Below, one piece after another: positions 46,371 through 60,000 of a DNA stretch of 64,000 nucleotides. The DNA is from Caecitellus pseudoparvulus (taxonomy: Eukaryota; Protista; Bigyra: Bicosoecida), in contig CBFFRQ010000096.1 in the NCBI GenBank assembly GCA_965644315.1, forward strand, positions 186,001 to 250,000, read 5' to 3'. Under the pieces are notes generated by a model. That model did no database searches. It was given only the letters and a program-made list of their open reading frames with translations, and had not been told where the DNA came from. The number at the start of each line of letters is the position of its first letter. Positions within the stretch are counted from its first letter, which is position 1. Made by a program: the position numbers and the translations under genes.

Positions 46371-49300
46371 ATGTCCGACTTTCGCAACATCAAGCTGCTC
46401 CTGTGGAGGCAGTGCCTCTCCAAGCGCCGTGCGCCGTTGAGCGTTTGTTGTGAGGTCAGTTTCACCCCGCCACCACCACGTCACCCAACCGCTGCACCGA
46501 CCGCCTACATGCCCCGGCACAGATCTTCCTGCCCATCATCTTCACTGGAGCTCTAGTGGGCATCTTTTCCATCATCACCGTGAGTCCAGGGCCCGCTGTG
46601 GCGGCCTGCACCCCAGCCCCCTGGCACTTTCCCGGCGGCATCCGAGGCTGTGATTGTCCGCTGCCGTCTGCGTCGCCATCCCGGAGCCCCACTGATTGAA
46701 GGAGCTCTGTCATGTTTCCATGTTGTATTTTCATCCTATGCCTGCCGTACCACGCCTTGGCACGACCTGTGGGTCTCTCCAGCACCTCATGATGGTCCAG
46801 CCTGCACCACCGGGCGTTTCTCCCCGCGGATGGCTCTCCGAGCTTGGCTGGCTTCGCACTCCCGGTCACTGTCACACCCATGTCACTCGCTCCCGCAGGT
46901 GACCGACGAGCCAACCCAGACTGGTGTCCTGGGGAAGAACGCTGTAAGTTTGCCCCCCTAGCCCTGTTCTGGCCACTGCAGACGTTTCCCAGTCTTTTCC
47001 GCTCGGGCCTCCCGCTCCCTTCCGCTACTCATGCACGTCCGCTCCCGTCCCTCAACAGGTCCGCGACACTGTCCTTCCCCTCCAACTGGTTCCCTGGCGA
47101 TTCGACGCTGAGAACACCCGCATTGCCTTAGTCGATGGCGGCGTTGGCAGCGCTTTCCTGGACAACTTCTCGGATTGGGTGGATGGTAGGTTGTGAGGCC
47201 CAACACGCCCCCCTCAGGACAGATCCGGCTCACACGCGCCTCCACACGGCTCACCCGGCCAACCTCTCCCTGTGCAGAGCAATACCCCGGCATCAACTCT
47301 TCCCTGCTGACTCAGGCCTCCCAGCTGGCATGGACCCCGCCCAACGGGCCAACGTACCCTGACACGCTGCCCCCCCTCGGTGAAATCCCTCCGATGTCCC
47401 GCATTTTCAAGCGCTTCGGCAGCCTGGATGAGCTGCACAAGTACGTGGAGGACCCTGCCTACTCAACTGACAACGACATTTCCCTTATCTACGGTGCCAT
47501 CGTGTGGAACTCCGCCGGCCCTGCCTTCGACTACGAGCTGCACTTCAACCGAAGCTCCACCCCCGACACACGCTTCCCCGTCTTTTCCTTCGTGCCTGGC
47601 CTGCTATCGTGGCAGAGGGAGCTGACGCAAGGTGTGTCACTGTACGATGGCGTCGCTGACATTGGGCAGGAAGGCCTGCTTGGCGCCGGCGCACCTGGTG
47701 CGCTCTCCTGGCAGCAGCTGGTGGCGCGGTACACCGTGCGGCAGAACGTGACCACCGCGGCTCGTTTCGGCGCGCCCAGCCCCACACAAGGCAACGATGT
47801 CATCGGCAAGGTGTGGGATGCCGCCATCGGCTCCGTCACTGCGAACCTTTTCAACACAGAGGCCACCGGCCTGCAGCGCCTGTCCTCGTACTCCACCATG
47901 CGCCAAGCTATGTCGTCCGTGAACGAAACGCAGGGACTGGGTGGCGCGCTGGACGCCCAGCTCATCAACCTGTTCAAGGCGGAGGCGCTGCAGCCCACTG
48001 ACGTGGAGCTTGCCGTGTTCCCCGTGGAGGCTTACACGAACAACCCCTTCTACGCCAACGCGGGGCCCACCTTCGGCCTCTTCTTCATTATCTTCTTCGC
48101 CCTGCACGTGCTCTTCTTGACGCGCGGTGTTGTGGCCGAGAAGGAGACCAAGCTGCGTGAGGGCATGCGCATGATGGGCCTGCACAAGAGCGCCCTCTTC
48201 ACCTCCTGGGCCCTCTCCTACATCATCCTGGAGGCGGTGGTGTCCCTGGCCATGACCGCCATTGGCGCCTTGGCAGTCTGGCCCAACTCTAACTTCGGCG
48301 CCATCTTCGCCCTCTTCTTCTTCCTTGGCTGCTCCGTCATCTCCTTTTCCTTCCTCGTCTCCGTCTTCTTCTCCAAGTCTCGCCTGGCCTCCGTCCTGGC
48401 CGGCGTGCTCTTCTTCGCGGGATACTTCCCCTACACCGGCTTGAACGCCGACGCCTCCACTGGCACCAAGGCAGCCGCCGCCCTCCTGTCCCCCTCCGCC
48501 TTCATGCTGGGCTTCAGCAGCAACCTCATGACCCTGGAGAACGCTGAGGTGGGCGTCGTGGACACCACCATCGACACCCTCATCGAGAACTGGTCGTTCT
48601 CCCTGTCCCTGCTCATGCTGGCTGTCGACACGGCCCTGTACGCCATCCTGGCTTGGTACTTGGACGAAGTGTGGCCCACGGAGTTCGGCGTCCCACGCCC
48701 CTTCTACTTTCCCTTCACCGCCGAGTACTGGCGCGAGGCCTGTGCCTGCTGCTCCTCTCACACCCGCGTCGCCGACAGCGAGTCACGTGAGGACCACGGG
48801 GACAAGGACGACCACGCCATCACTGGCAGCGACCTTGTGGAGCCTGCTGACAGCGAGCTGCGCGGCAAGGCTGCCGACGGCAAGGTCGTGAAGATTCGGG
48901 GGCTGAAGAAGGTCTTCTCCACGCCCGACGGAGACAAGGTGGCCGTCGCAGGCCTGGACATGACCATGTACGAGGGGCAGATCTTCGTCTTGCTGGGGCA
49001 CAACGGCGCCGGCAAGACCACCACGCTGTCCATGCTAAGCGGCCTGCTGCCCCCCACAGAGGGAGACGCCAACATCTACGGCAAGAGCGTGCGTGGAGAG
49101 CTGGACGCAGTGCGCGCAAACATGGGCGTATGCCCTCAGCACGACGTCCTGTGGGACGACCTCACCGTGAAGGAGCACCTGTACATTTTCGCGGGCATCA
49201 AGCGCATCCCGGAGGACAAGGTGGAGCAAGCCATCACCGACGTCATCGCGGAGGTGGGCCTGACAGAGAAAGTGGACTCCTACTCCTCCACATTGTCCGG

Positions 49301-52300
49301 AGGACAGAAGCGCAAGCTGTCTGTCGCCATCGCCCTCATCGGCGACTCCAAGATCGTGTTCCTGGACGAGCCCACCTCAGGCATGGACCCGTACTCCCGC
49401 CGCTCCACGTGGCAGATCCTGAAGAACTCCCGCGCTGGCCGCATCATGGTGCTCACGACGCACTTCATGGACGAGGCTGACATCCTGGGCGACCGCATCG
49501 CAATCATGGCCGACGGCAAGCTGCGCTGCCTGGGCAGCCCCATGTTCCTGAAGAAGCAGTTCGGTGTGGGGTACAACCTCACCCTCATCAAGCAAGACGA
49601 CAAGGCCTCCTCCTCCAACGTCAAGACCCTCGTCAAGAAGCACGTTTCCGAGGCAGAGATGTACTCCTCGGCCGGCCGCGAGATCTCCATGCGCCTGCCC
49701 CTGAAGCAGTCCGCTGCCTTCCCCGAGCTCTTCGACGCCCTGGACTCCAAGCTGGACGAGCTGCGCCTGGAGACGTACGGCATCAGCGTCACCACGATGG
49801 AGGAAGTCTTCCTCGCCGTCGCGTCGGGAGACCACGGCAAGGCTGAGGAACAGGGCGGCGCCGCAGCTGCCACGGCACCAGCCGGCGGTGCGGCCGCCAC
49901 GGAGGCCACCCCCCTCACCCAGGCCGCCTCCACCCGTGCTGCCACCGGCCTCAAGCTGTCCGACGTCCGCAAGAAGTCCCGCTCCATCCAGCAGGGCGCC
50001 TTCTGCCGCCACTTCTCTGCGCTCTTCCGCAAGCGTGTCGCGTACTTCCTGCGTGACTGGAAGTCCATCGGGCTGCAGATGGTCATCCCCATCCTCGCAG
50101 TGCTGGTGGGCCTGTCCATCGCCAACACGGGGGCAACCTTCAACCTGCCTGACCTCGAGATGACACTGTCTGCCCAGTACAACCGCGGATCAGATGGCTC
50201 GGCACTCACGCAGCCCATCCCGTACTTTGCCCAGAAGGCCACTGGCGGAGCCTACGAAGACCTGTACGTGAACCCTGCAGCTGACACATCCATCACGGGG
50301 GTGTTCTCTTCCTCAGTGGCGCCCTCTGCTGGCGAGTTCCGCCAGAGCAGCGCTGTGGTCAACGATCAGTACGACTTCTTCTCTTCCTACGTGAACTCCA
50401 TGGGCTGCTTCGACGGCGTCAACACCACTGAAACCTGTCGCCAGAGCCTGCCGGAGGTGAGCTCCCTGGACCCCATCATGCTGAACATGTCCACTACCCT
50501 CCTGGACATTAAGGACAACTTCGAAGCGTCCATGTACGGTGCGTACGTGCTGGGCGAGCCTCACTGGGCTGCCTCCACCGGCGCCGCTAACCCTCCTCTG
50601 GCCTGGGGCGTCATGAGCAACTCCTCTGGCACTTACGCCTCTGCGACGTACTTCAACTACCTGACAGAGTTCTTCATGCGGGACGCCGACGATGCATCGC
50701 GCCTGTCCTACACCTTCGGCGTGCTGCGATTCACCAACCGCGAGCGAGAGAACCTCGAGCGCGTCACCGGCCTCGTCGCTGCCATCATCACCGTCATCGG
50801 CTTCACGTTCGTCCCAGCGTCCTTCGTCTCCTTCGTCGTCAGCGAGCGGGAGGTGGGAGCCAAGCACCAGCAGCTCATCTCTGGCGTGTCCATCCCTGCT
50901 TACTGGCTCAGCACATGGCTGTGGGACTACCTGACCTACCTCGTGCCGGCAGTGGGCACCATTTTGGTGGCTGTTGGCTATGACATCAAGAACTTCATCG
51001 GGGATGAAGACGACCGCCTGCCCGCCTTCTTGCTTACGTTCGTCGTGTACGGCGTCATGGCCTCCAGCTATGCCTACATGCTGAACTTCCTGTTCAAGTC
51101 CAGCTCCCGCGCCCTGACCATTCTGATCATGCTGGGCTTTGTGGACTTCATCCTCGTCCTCACCGAGTTCCTGCTGGGCCTCTTTACCGACACTTGCGAA
51201 GCTGCCCGCGCCTTGCGCTATGTCTTCATGCTGTCCCCCGGCTTCGGCCTGGGCAACGCCCTGCTGAAGCTCAGCAACCTGTCAGGGCTGAAGGTGTTCG
51301 AGGCGCTATGTGATGGTGGCGACGTCGCTGCTGCCACGCAGGACCCCTACACCGCGCTGGACATGCCAGCAGTCGGCGAGAACCTGACCATGATGGCCTG
51401 CCTGGGCGTCTTGTACTTCATCATCGCCGTCGGCATCGACACGGCACAGTCCTACCCTTCCATCACAGTCGCCGTTGTCTCCGCCCTGCGTCCCTTCCAG
51501 AGCTGCCTGGGTGCGTGCATCGCCCCCGAAGTGCCTCTCACGGACAAGGACGTCTCAGACGACCAGGACGTCATCGCTGAGAACCGGCGCTGTGAGAAGC
51601 AGGTGGAGCAGCCCACCGATGACAACGACGTCATCCTCCTCTCTCACATGCGCAAGGTGTACCCTGGCGGCAAGGTGGCTGTGCGTGACATGTCCTTCGG
51701 CCTCCCCGTCGGCCAAGTCTTCGGCTTCCTGGGCATCAACGGCGCCGGCAAGACCAGCACGCTGAAGATGCTCAGCGGCGACGTCATCCCCACGGGTGGC
51801 AAGGGCACCATCGCCGGCTACGACATCGTCTCCGAGCAGCCAGACGTGCGCCGCCTGCTCGGGTACTGCCCCCAGTTCGACGCCCTGCTGGCACTCATGA
51901 CCACTCGCGAGCACTTGGAGCTGTTTGCACGCATCAAGGGTGTGCAGGAGGCAGACGTGGACGCTGTTGTGCGCGAGAAGATGCAGCAGATGGGCATCGA
52001 GCAGTACGAGCACAAGAAGGCGGGCACGCTGTCCGGAGGCAACAAGCGCAAGCTCTCTGTCGCCATCGCCCTCATCGGGAACCCCCCCGTGGTGCTGCTG
52101 GACGAGCCGAGCACTGGCATGGACCCCGTCGCCCGCCGCCAGATGTGGAAGATCATCGAGGAGGTCGCTACCCGCCGCAAGGAGAGCAGCATCATCCTCA
52201 CCACGCACTCCATGGAGGAGTGCGAGGCGCTTTGCCAGAAGGTTGGCATCATGGTGGGCGGCAAGTTGCGCTGCATGGGCTCCATCCAGCACATCAAGGA

Positions 52301-52952
52301 CACCCATGGCGCTGGCTACGTCTTGCAGGCTGGCATGCGCAGCGTGACTGCTGAGGAGGTGCAGGCCACGCAGGAGCGCATGCAGGGCACCCTGACCAAC
52401 CTGGGCGTGCAGCAGTCCATCCTGCCTGACCACGTCCTGGCCCTGTGCAAGGCCCTCGGCAATGGGGACATGGCGCGGGAGTTCTCCCCCACTGGCTCTG
52501 CGTGGGCGCTGCATGCCGCCATGTCTCGCCCTGGCTCCAACGTCACCCCCGCTGAGTTCGCGCAGTGGTGGACGGAGGAGACGTACGTCAACAACTTCAC
52601 TCGCTACATGACCACCGAGGCGTTCCCTGGCTCCGCCCGAGTGGAGCGCCACGGGTCCAAGCTGCGCTTCCAGCTGCCGCCCCAGACGGAGCCCCTCGGC
52701 CGCCTCTTCCGCCGCGTCGAGAGCCGCAAGGACGAGATGGGCGTATCGGAATATTCCCTGAGCCAGACAACCCTGGAGCAGGTCTTCAACCAATTCGCCT
52801 CTCAGCAAGAGGAGGAGAAGGGTGTGGCCCGTGGCATGGAGGCCGGCGCTGCTGCGGCCGGCGCAGGCAACGCGGCCGCTCCTGGTGCTGCTGCTCCCGT
52901 CGTCGCGCCCAACCCCATGATGACCCCCAGCAAGCCCAAGACGGAGGTGTAA
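46371..52952 (+). CDS. Full-size ABCA family lipid transporter (5 exons)
   Basis: N-terminal LLLWRQ…KRR, EKETKLREGMRMMGL, two NBDs (GHNGAGKT/LSGGQKRKLS/LDEPTSG and GINGAGKT/LSGGNKRKLS/LDEPSTG) and TLEQVF. Introns at 46455-46522, 46580-46898, 46944-47058 and 47186-47277. Confidence 0.95.
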
Positions 52953-53239
52953 GCCCTCCCCCGAGCCACCACTTTGGTGGGCTCCTTTCATGTTTCCTGG
53001 TTTGCCGCACTGCAATGCATCGGCACTTGGTGAGCGCGCTCAACCTGCGCCACTCCACGCATGGGAAAGGAGGCCCGAGCTCATGCCTGCAGTACTCGCT
53101 CAAACGCGATATGGAATCACTTCACCCCCCTCCCAGACCCTCATCGATTCACGATTTGCACTGTGCTCTGCGCTACAGCCATCGGCCAGTGAAGTGCCCC
53201 ACCGCAACACGCCTTCAGCCCACTCTGCCCCTGAGCACC

Positions 53240-54926
53240 ATGGCTGCTGCTGCCATGCCCGTCGTGGGCCTGTACGGCCTGGCCGTCATGGGCCAGAACT
53301 TGGCCTTGAACATCGCCGAGAAAGGCTTCCCCATCGCAGTGTGCAACAGGTCACCGGAGAAGGTGAGGGTGTGCCCATCAGCTGGTCCAATTCCGCAGGG
53401 AATCCTCCGAGGGTTTTGCACTCCCCTTCACTGCTCCTGCGCATCCCCAGGTGGCTGTCACTGTGGAGCGTGCAAAGGCAGAAGGAGATCTGCCCCTCAC
53501 CGGCTACACAGACGTGAGCAGAGCCTGCTCGGACATGCGTGCCTTGTCTCGTGCAGTGTCACTCCTGGCGCTGGCCACGCCGCACAGGTGCAAAGCTTCG
53601 TTGGCGCCATTGCCAAGCCCCGCAAGGTCATCATGCTGGTCAAGGCTGGTGCCCCGGTGGATGCCACCATTGACCTGCTGAAGGAGTACCTGGAGGTGAG
53701 AGGGCGCCCAAGTTGCGTTTCCCGACTTGCCCGGACACGCCTCCGCCCTTCATGCCTTTGCGTAGCCCGGAGACGTGCTCATTGACGGCGGCAACGAGTG
53801 GTTCCCCAACAGCATCCGACGCGCCAAGGAGCTGAACCCCAAGGGCATTCTGTACATGGGCGTGGGCGTGTCAGGGGGCGAGGAGGGCGCTCGCAACGGG
53901 CCGTCCCTCATGCCTGGCGGGCCTCGTGAGGCATACGATCTGGTGGAGCCCATCCTGACCAAGGTGGCAGCTGTCACGGACTCTGGTCCCTGCGTGACGT
54001 ACCTCGGGGAGATCGGCTCCGGCAACTACGTCAAGATGGTGCACAACGGCATCGAGTACGGCGACATGCAGCTGATCGCAGAGGCGTACGACATCCTGAA
54101 GACGGTGGGCGGCCTGACCAACCCGGAGCTGGCTGCCGTCTTCGACGAGTGGAACAGCCAGGAGCTGGAGTCCTTCCTCATCGAAATCACCGGCGCCATC
54201 TTCAAAAAGAAGGACGACCAGGGCGGGGACGGCTTCCTCGTGGACAAGGTCCTGGACAAAACTGGCATGAAGGGCACTGGGCGGTGGACCGTGCAGGAGG
54301 GCGCCGAGCGCAGTGTCCCCGCACCCACCATTGAGGCGGCCCTGGACGCCCGCTTCCTGTCTGGGCGCAAGGAGGAGCGCCTGGAGGCGGAGAAGGTGCT
54401 GAGCGGGCCTTCGGCCCTGCCCACTGTGGACAAGCAGCAGCTCATCGAGGACGTGCGCGCTGCACTGTATGCCAGCAAGATCTGCTCCTACGCCCAGGGC
54501 ATGAACATCATCAAGGCGGCGTCCCAGCAGCTGGGCTGGTCCGTGGACCTCGGCGAGTGCGCCCGCATCTGGAAGGGCGGCTGCATCATCAGGGCCGCCT
54601 TCCTGGACCGCATCAAGGCTGCGTATGACCGCAACCCTGACGCCGCCAACCTGCTGGTGGACCCCGACTTTGCCGCAGACCTGAACACCCGGCAGCAGTC
54701 CTGGCGCCGCGTCGTCGCGCTGTGCATTGGGTCTGGCGTCCCTGCGCCCGCTCTCAGCGGTTCCCTCGCATACTTCGACGCGTACCGCCGGGGGCGCCTG
54801 CCTGCCAACCTGACGCAGGCCCAGCGTGACTTTTTCGGAGCGCACACCTTTGAGAGGACGGACATGGAGGGCACCTTCCATGCACAGTGGTCGGATGCCA
54901 CTGGCTCAGCAGCTGCCGCGGAGTAG
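53240..54926 (+). CDS. PGD: 6-phosphogluconate dehydrogenase, decarboxylating (4 exons)
   Basis: GLAVMGQNLALNIAEKGF, IDGGNEW, GVSGGEEGAR, VKMVHNGIEYGDMQLI, KGTG, GCIIR, QAQRDFFGAH. Introns at 53362-53450, 53514-53587 and 53696-53765. Confidence 0.97.
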
Positions 54927-55103
54927 GCTTCTGGGCAATGCAACGTTGTGCTTGGCTTGCTGCCTCGTGAGCTGACGGTCACAGTTGCTGGGCCCCACTA
55001 AAACTCCACAAACCACAGAGTCCTCCTCGCACAGCTGCACGACGCAGTGCTTGCATCGCTCACTGTGGTGCCCTGATCACGCACGCACGCCTCGCCTGCA
55101 GCC

Positions 55104-56765
55104 ATGTCCGGCGGGGAACCCAGCAAGCCGACCGAGAGTCTGCCCGACGCGGCAGCGCCAGCAGCTTCTGAGCCCGCACCCGCTGCAGCTGGGGAAGGGC
55201 TGGGAGGCGACGACATCTGGGGTGACGGGGAGGAAGATGACCTGCCCGCTGAGATTCTGGAGCTGTCAGATGAACAGATCAGGCAGCGTGTGCGCATGCT
55301 GGATGTAAGGCGACGCTGCGGAAATCGCCCCAACGCCAGCGGCGCAGGTCAGCACGCCTTGCTCCTGCACAGGGCAACATTCGCATCATGAAGCAGGAGC
55401 GGGCGCGCCTGATCTCCGACATGAAGAAGCAAGACGCCATCATCAAGGACAACAAGGAGAAGGTCAAGCTGAACAGGACGCTGCCGTACCTGGTGGCCAA
55501 CGTGGTGGAGGTGAGGGTGCTGGCGTCTCGCAACGCTGGCGTGCGCCACGGTCTCCCGCCCCTTTGCAGCTGCTGGACCATGAAGAGGAGGATGATGGCG
55601 AGGACAAGACAGTGACAGACGGAAGTGCACAGGGTGGGAGCAAGACTGCAGTCGTGAAGACCACGACGAGGCAGGTGCGTGCTGTGCCCTTGCCTTGTCA
55701 GTATCGGCGTGGTGTGGGGGGAAACGCAAGCGTGAAACGCCGGCAGCTGCGTCGCAAAGGGCAGGCTTCCCATGCAGTCCAGGCATTGTCCACGATCGCC
55801 CCCCTCCCCTACAGACTGTTCATTTGCCGGTCATTGGGCTGGTGCCGTCCGAAGAGCTCTCCCCGGGTGACTTGGTGGGCGTCAACAAGGACAGCTACCT
55901 GGTGCTGGAGAAGCTGCCAGCTGAGTATGACAACAGGGTGAAAGCCATGGAGCTGGACGAGAAGCCGTCAGAGACGTATGCTGATGTGGGAGGGTGCGAG
56001 AAGCAGATCCAGGAGCTGCGCGAAGCAGTCGTCATGCCCATGATGGAGGCTGACAAGTTCACCAAGATCGGCATTCAGGCCCCCAAGGGCGTCCTCCTGC
56101 ACGGCCCACCTGGCACAGGCAAGACGCTCCTGGCCAGGGCCTGTGCAAACCAGACCGATGCAGTGTTCCTGAAGCTGGCAGGGCCGCAGTTGGTGCAGAT
56201 GTACATCGGTGACGGCGCCAAGATGATCCGCGATGCCTTCGACTTGGCGAAGGAGAAGATGAAGGAGCTGGAGAAGCGTGGGGCCATCATCTTCATCGAC
56301 GAGATCGACGCCATCGGCACGAAGCGTGTCGACAGCGACAAGGCTGGCGACCGCGAGGTGCAGCGCACCATGCTGGAGCTGCTGAACCAGTTGGACGGCT
56401 TCGGCAGCAACGAGGTCATCAAAGTCATCGCCGCGACGAACCGCCCTGATATCTTGGACCCCGCGCTCTTGCGCTCTGGCCGCCTGGACCGCAAGATCGA
56501 GCTGCCGCTGCCCACAGAGGAGTCCCGCATGCATGTCCTGCGCATTCACTCGCGCAAGATGAACGTGGACATGGAAGATGTGAACTTGCGGGAGATCGCT
56601 CGGTCTTGCGAGGACTTCAACGGTGCCATGTTGAAGGCTGTCTGTGTGGAGGCGGGCATGATCGCCCTGCGCAGGGACGCCACGCTCATCAAGCATGAGG
56701 ACTATGTGGAGGGCATTTCGGAGGTGCAGATGAAGAAGAAGCAGGCTCTGAACTACTATGCTTGA
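55104..56765 (+). CDS. RPT5: 26S proteasome AAA-ATPase subunit 6A (4 exons)
   Basis: [68 protein letters not shown] and C-terminal HbYX motif YYA. Introns at 55304-55371, 55511-55569 and 55675-55813. Confidence 0.97.
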
Positions 56766-57053
56766 GGGGGAATGCACTTAGTGCACAGTCTGCTTTTCAT
56801 GCACATCTCGCATGCTGGATCCCTTGGTTTCTCAGCTTGCGACGTGGTGCCTTGGCACGCTGATTCTTCACGCAACTAAACCACAACTTTCGCTTGGACC
56901 CAAACCAATCGTTCCACAACGGAGGAAAGGCGACGAGCATCGGCTGTTTGTTTGACATTGAGAATATTTCCAGGCGCTTCCCTTTTACCGGAATTCTTCT
57001 CGTGTGGGAGAGGCTCGCGGTGCCCGGGTTGGGTTTCATGCGCGTTTCGCACC

Positions 57054-60000
57054 ATGGCTCTGGTGCGCATGATGCGCAAGCGCCAGCTGGAGCCTGAGAG
57101 TGGGCACCCCGCATGTGTGAACCGCCGTATTCCCAAAGCTGACACGTCAATCGCCCCTCTTGCTGCGTTCTCCAGCGCTCCCCCGTCAGCAGCACTGTTT
57201 GCCGGAGCGATTGTGGGCCGAGGGCTGCTTGCGGCCGATGGCAGGCTTGCGGTGCCACGGGCGCCTTCCGGTAGCCTGCACCGCATCGAGCTCAGCGTTC
57301 AGCGCGAGCCAACGAATGAGTATGACCCCAACGCGCTGCTTTGGTGCTGTGATGCAGGCCCCATGGGGTATGCCACTCGCACCTTGGCAGCGGCGGTGAC
57401 TCCCTTGCTCAGCGCGAGCAAAGTGCGAGTGGTGGGGCTGCTTCGGACACAGCACGCAAGACTGGCAGCTGCTGACACAAAGTGCAACATTGCAATGGAC
57501 GTTGTGGTGCACGTCGTCTGCCCATCCATCCTGCAACGCCTGCATGCGGCAGTGGAGCCGTCCCCAGGCAGGCCGCCTCTGGATGTGTGCGTCGCCAGAC
57601 TACGGGAAGCGTGGCTGCACGACGGCGCCCCTTTCATGCCTGCCCGTGCTCCGATGGGCGCGACAGGCGTTGGCGCGCTGCCTCCCTCAGCGAAGCGGAG
57701 GCGCAGCATGGCCAGCGTCGTGGGTGGCGTACAGCAGCAAACCCCCAGCCCCACCATCCCAGGAGGCAACCAAATGCGCCTGACAGGGAGCCTGTCGGGG
57801 CGCCGAGGACCAGCAGTGCAAGCAAGCTCGTGTGATGTGGCACGCCACTTCCCCAAGCGCGTCCTCGTGCTGCTCTTCTCCTCTCCAGGCTTGTCAGTGC
57901 GAGATGTCGTGCTGGGCGCCAGGGGTGTGTGCCGGGCGTGGCGTGATGCAGCAGACAGCCCTGACTGTGCGCCAGCACGCCGCGCCTTTGCCTTGCTTCA
58001 CCACACGTTTTCAGGGGCCACTCCTTCACCGACAGCCGCTCCGGGAACCGCGCTGGCTGCCGCCGTGCCGGTGGCCACCGCAAAAGATGCCCGCCCACCT
58101 TCCCTGCCTGCGTGGGCGTCGGAGCCCCTGCCTACCAGCTTCGAGACTCTCATGCGGTGGGTGGCGGCTGCACAGCCGCTGTCGTGCGACATGGCTTGGC
58201 TCGTGGCGCAATGGGCGACAGGGCAGTTCCCTGTGCAGTCTTCCGGGCCTGCGGCAAGCCAGGCCGTGCTGCTTCGGCGCATCATGGAAGCGGCCTTGGA
58301 GCAACTGCCCCCACTCAGACGAGCGGTGGGCGGCTGGGCGGCCATCTGTGCCATGCTCCTCTTCACGACTGAAGACGTCGCCCGGCGCTTGCTGTGGGTG
58401 CTCTTCACTTGCCCCGCGAAAGTGTCGCATTCTGCAGCCGCGGCAGGGTTGCGGGACTTTCCCTGGCGCCAAGATGTCATTAACGTTGTGTACTTGCTGC
58501 TTCTTGCTTTGAGCTCGCCTGAGTGGCTCAGGGTAGGGCCGACTCCGGGGGGCGTGACCGGCGGCTCATTCGGTGAGCTTGGCCGCACGAAAGCACTCTT
58601 AACGTTGGAGGCGCGGGAAGACTTAGTGGCACGGTCCAGAGTCATGTGCCATGCCCTGAACGTTGGCTCCACAGTGGCAGTGGCAGGTTCGGTGGGCCCG
58701 TATCCTTCCTTTGACAGCCCAGGGTGTGTTGTTGCCGGTGTCCCGCCAGACATGTGCTCTACCATGGCTCGGGGAATGAGCAGGAAGCTGCATGCCCCCC
58801 CCCATGACCTGTGCCAGATACCGAACAGCTCTACTCATATTCGCCAGCGTGCCAGTCCAGTTGTCAGAGCCGTGAGACACCAGCATCCTGCCGCTGAGGA
58901 TGAGGAAGACGGGACGCTTCAGCGCGCCGCAACGTCGACAACCCCACGCAGTCTGCTTGACGTGCTCCGCGTTCCGGACTCCTACCATGACTTGCTGGCT
59001 CGGGCAGACGGCCGTACCCAGTTCTTGCTAGCATGCATGCGTTCAGCTGAGAATCCGCTTGGCGGTCTGGCCTCATCACCGAGCTCCCGCGGAGCCTGGG
59101 CCTTGAAGGTGTCCCCTGCTGCCACTGGGGAAACAAAGTCCCACCGCCTCACCGAGGAGCAACTTAGCATTGTGCAAACAGACGTCGGCCCAGGCCAGCT
59201 CCTACGAGTGTTGGCGTTTGCTGGCAGCGGAAAGACCACAACCCTCATCGAGTATGCGACAGCGCGCCAACACAAGCGCATGCTGTACTTGGTGTTCAAC
59301 GTGAGCGTAAGGGAGGATGCCGAAGGTCGCTTCCCCCCGAATGTGACTGTGAAGAGCATCCATCAGTTGGCGTTTGCTGAAGTCGGCAGGCGGTACTCCG
59401 GCCGCCGTCAGCTGGTCAGCGAATTGTCAACGAAAATGATCACTAGAGCGCTGGGGCTGGGCAGCGGTAGCGGCATGTTTGAGCTTGCAACGTGGGTCAA
59501 AGACACCGTCCTCCAGTTCTGTCACAGCGTGGACCGAGCGATGCACTTGCACCACCTTCCGGCAGCGGTCGCTGGCCGGCTCCCCACAGGCTTCACCCTG
59601 CAGCAGGCGCTCCGGATGGTCCCCAAGCGCCAGCCCGGTGATGCGCCCAGCCGGCAGTCATTTGATGCACGCCATGTTCTTGGCTTCGCGCAACGTCTGT
59701 GGGACGCAATGGTGGACCTGGCAGACCAAAGTGTCAGCATGACCCACGCAGGATACCTGAAGTTGTTCCACCTCTCAAAGCCTGATCTCGGCAAGCATTT
59801 TGCCGCGATTCTCCTGGACGAAGCACAAGACTGTGCGCCAGTGGTGGCAGACACGGTGCTCTCCCAGTCATGCGGAGTTGTCCTCGTGGGCGATCCACAC
59901 CAGTCTGTGTACTCCTTCGCCGGCGCGGTGGACACGCTGTCCGCCAGCTTCAGCGCAAGTGCGAGTGGCCGAGCTGGATGGGACCCTTTGCACGGGCGCA

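Noticed and set aside
46690-46700. In-frame TGA after ABCA exon 2 as possible selenocysteine or readthrough
   Set aside because: It lies inside an intron with a strong GTGAGT donor at 46580.
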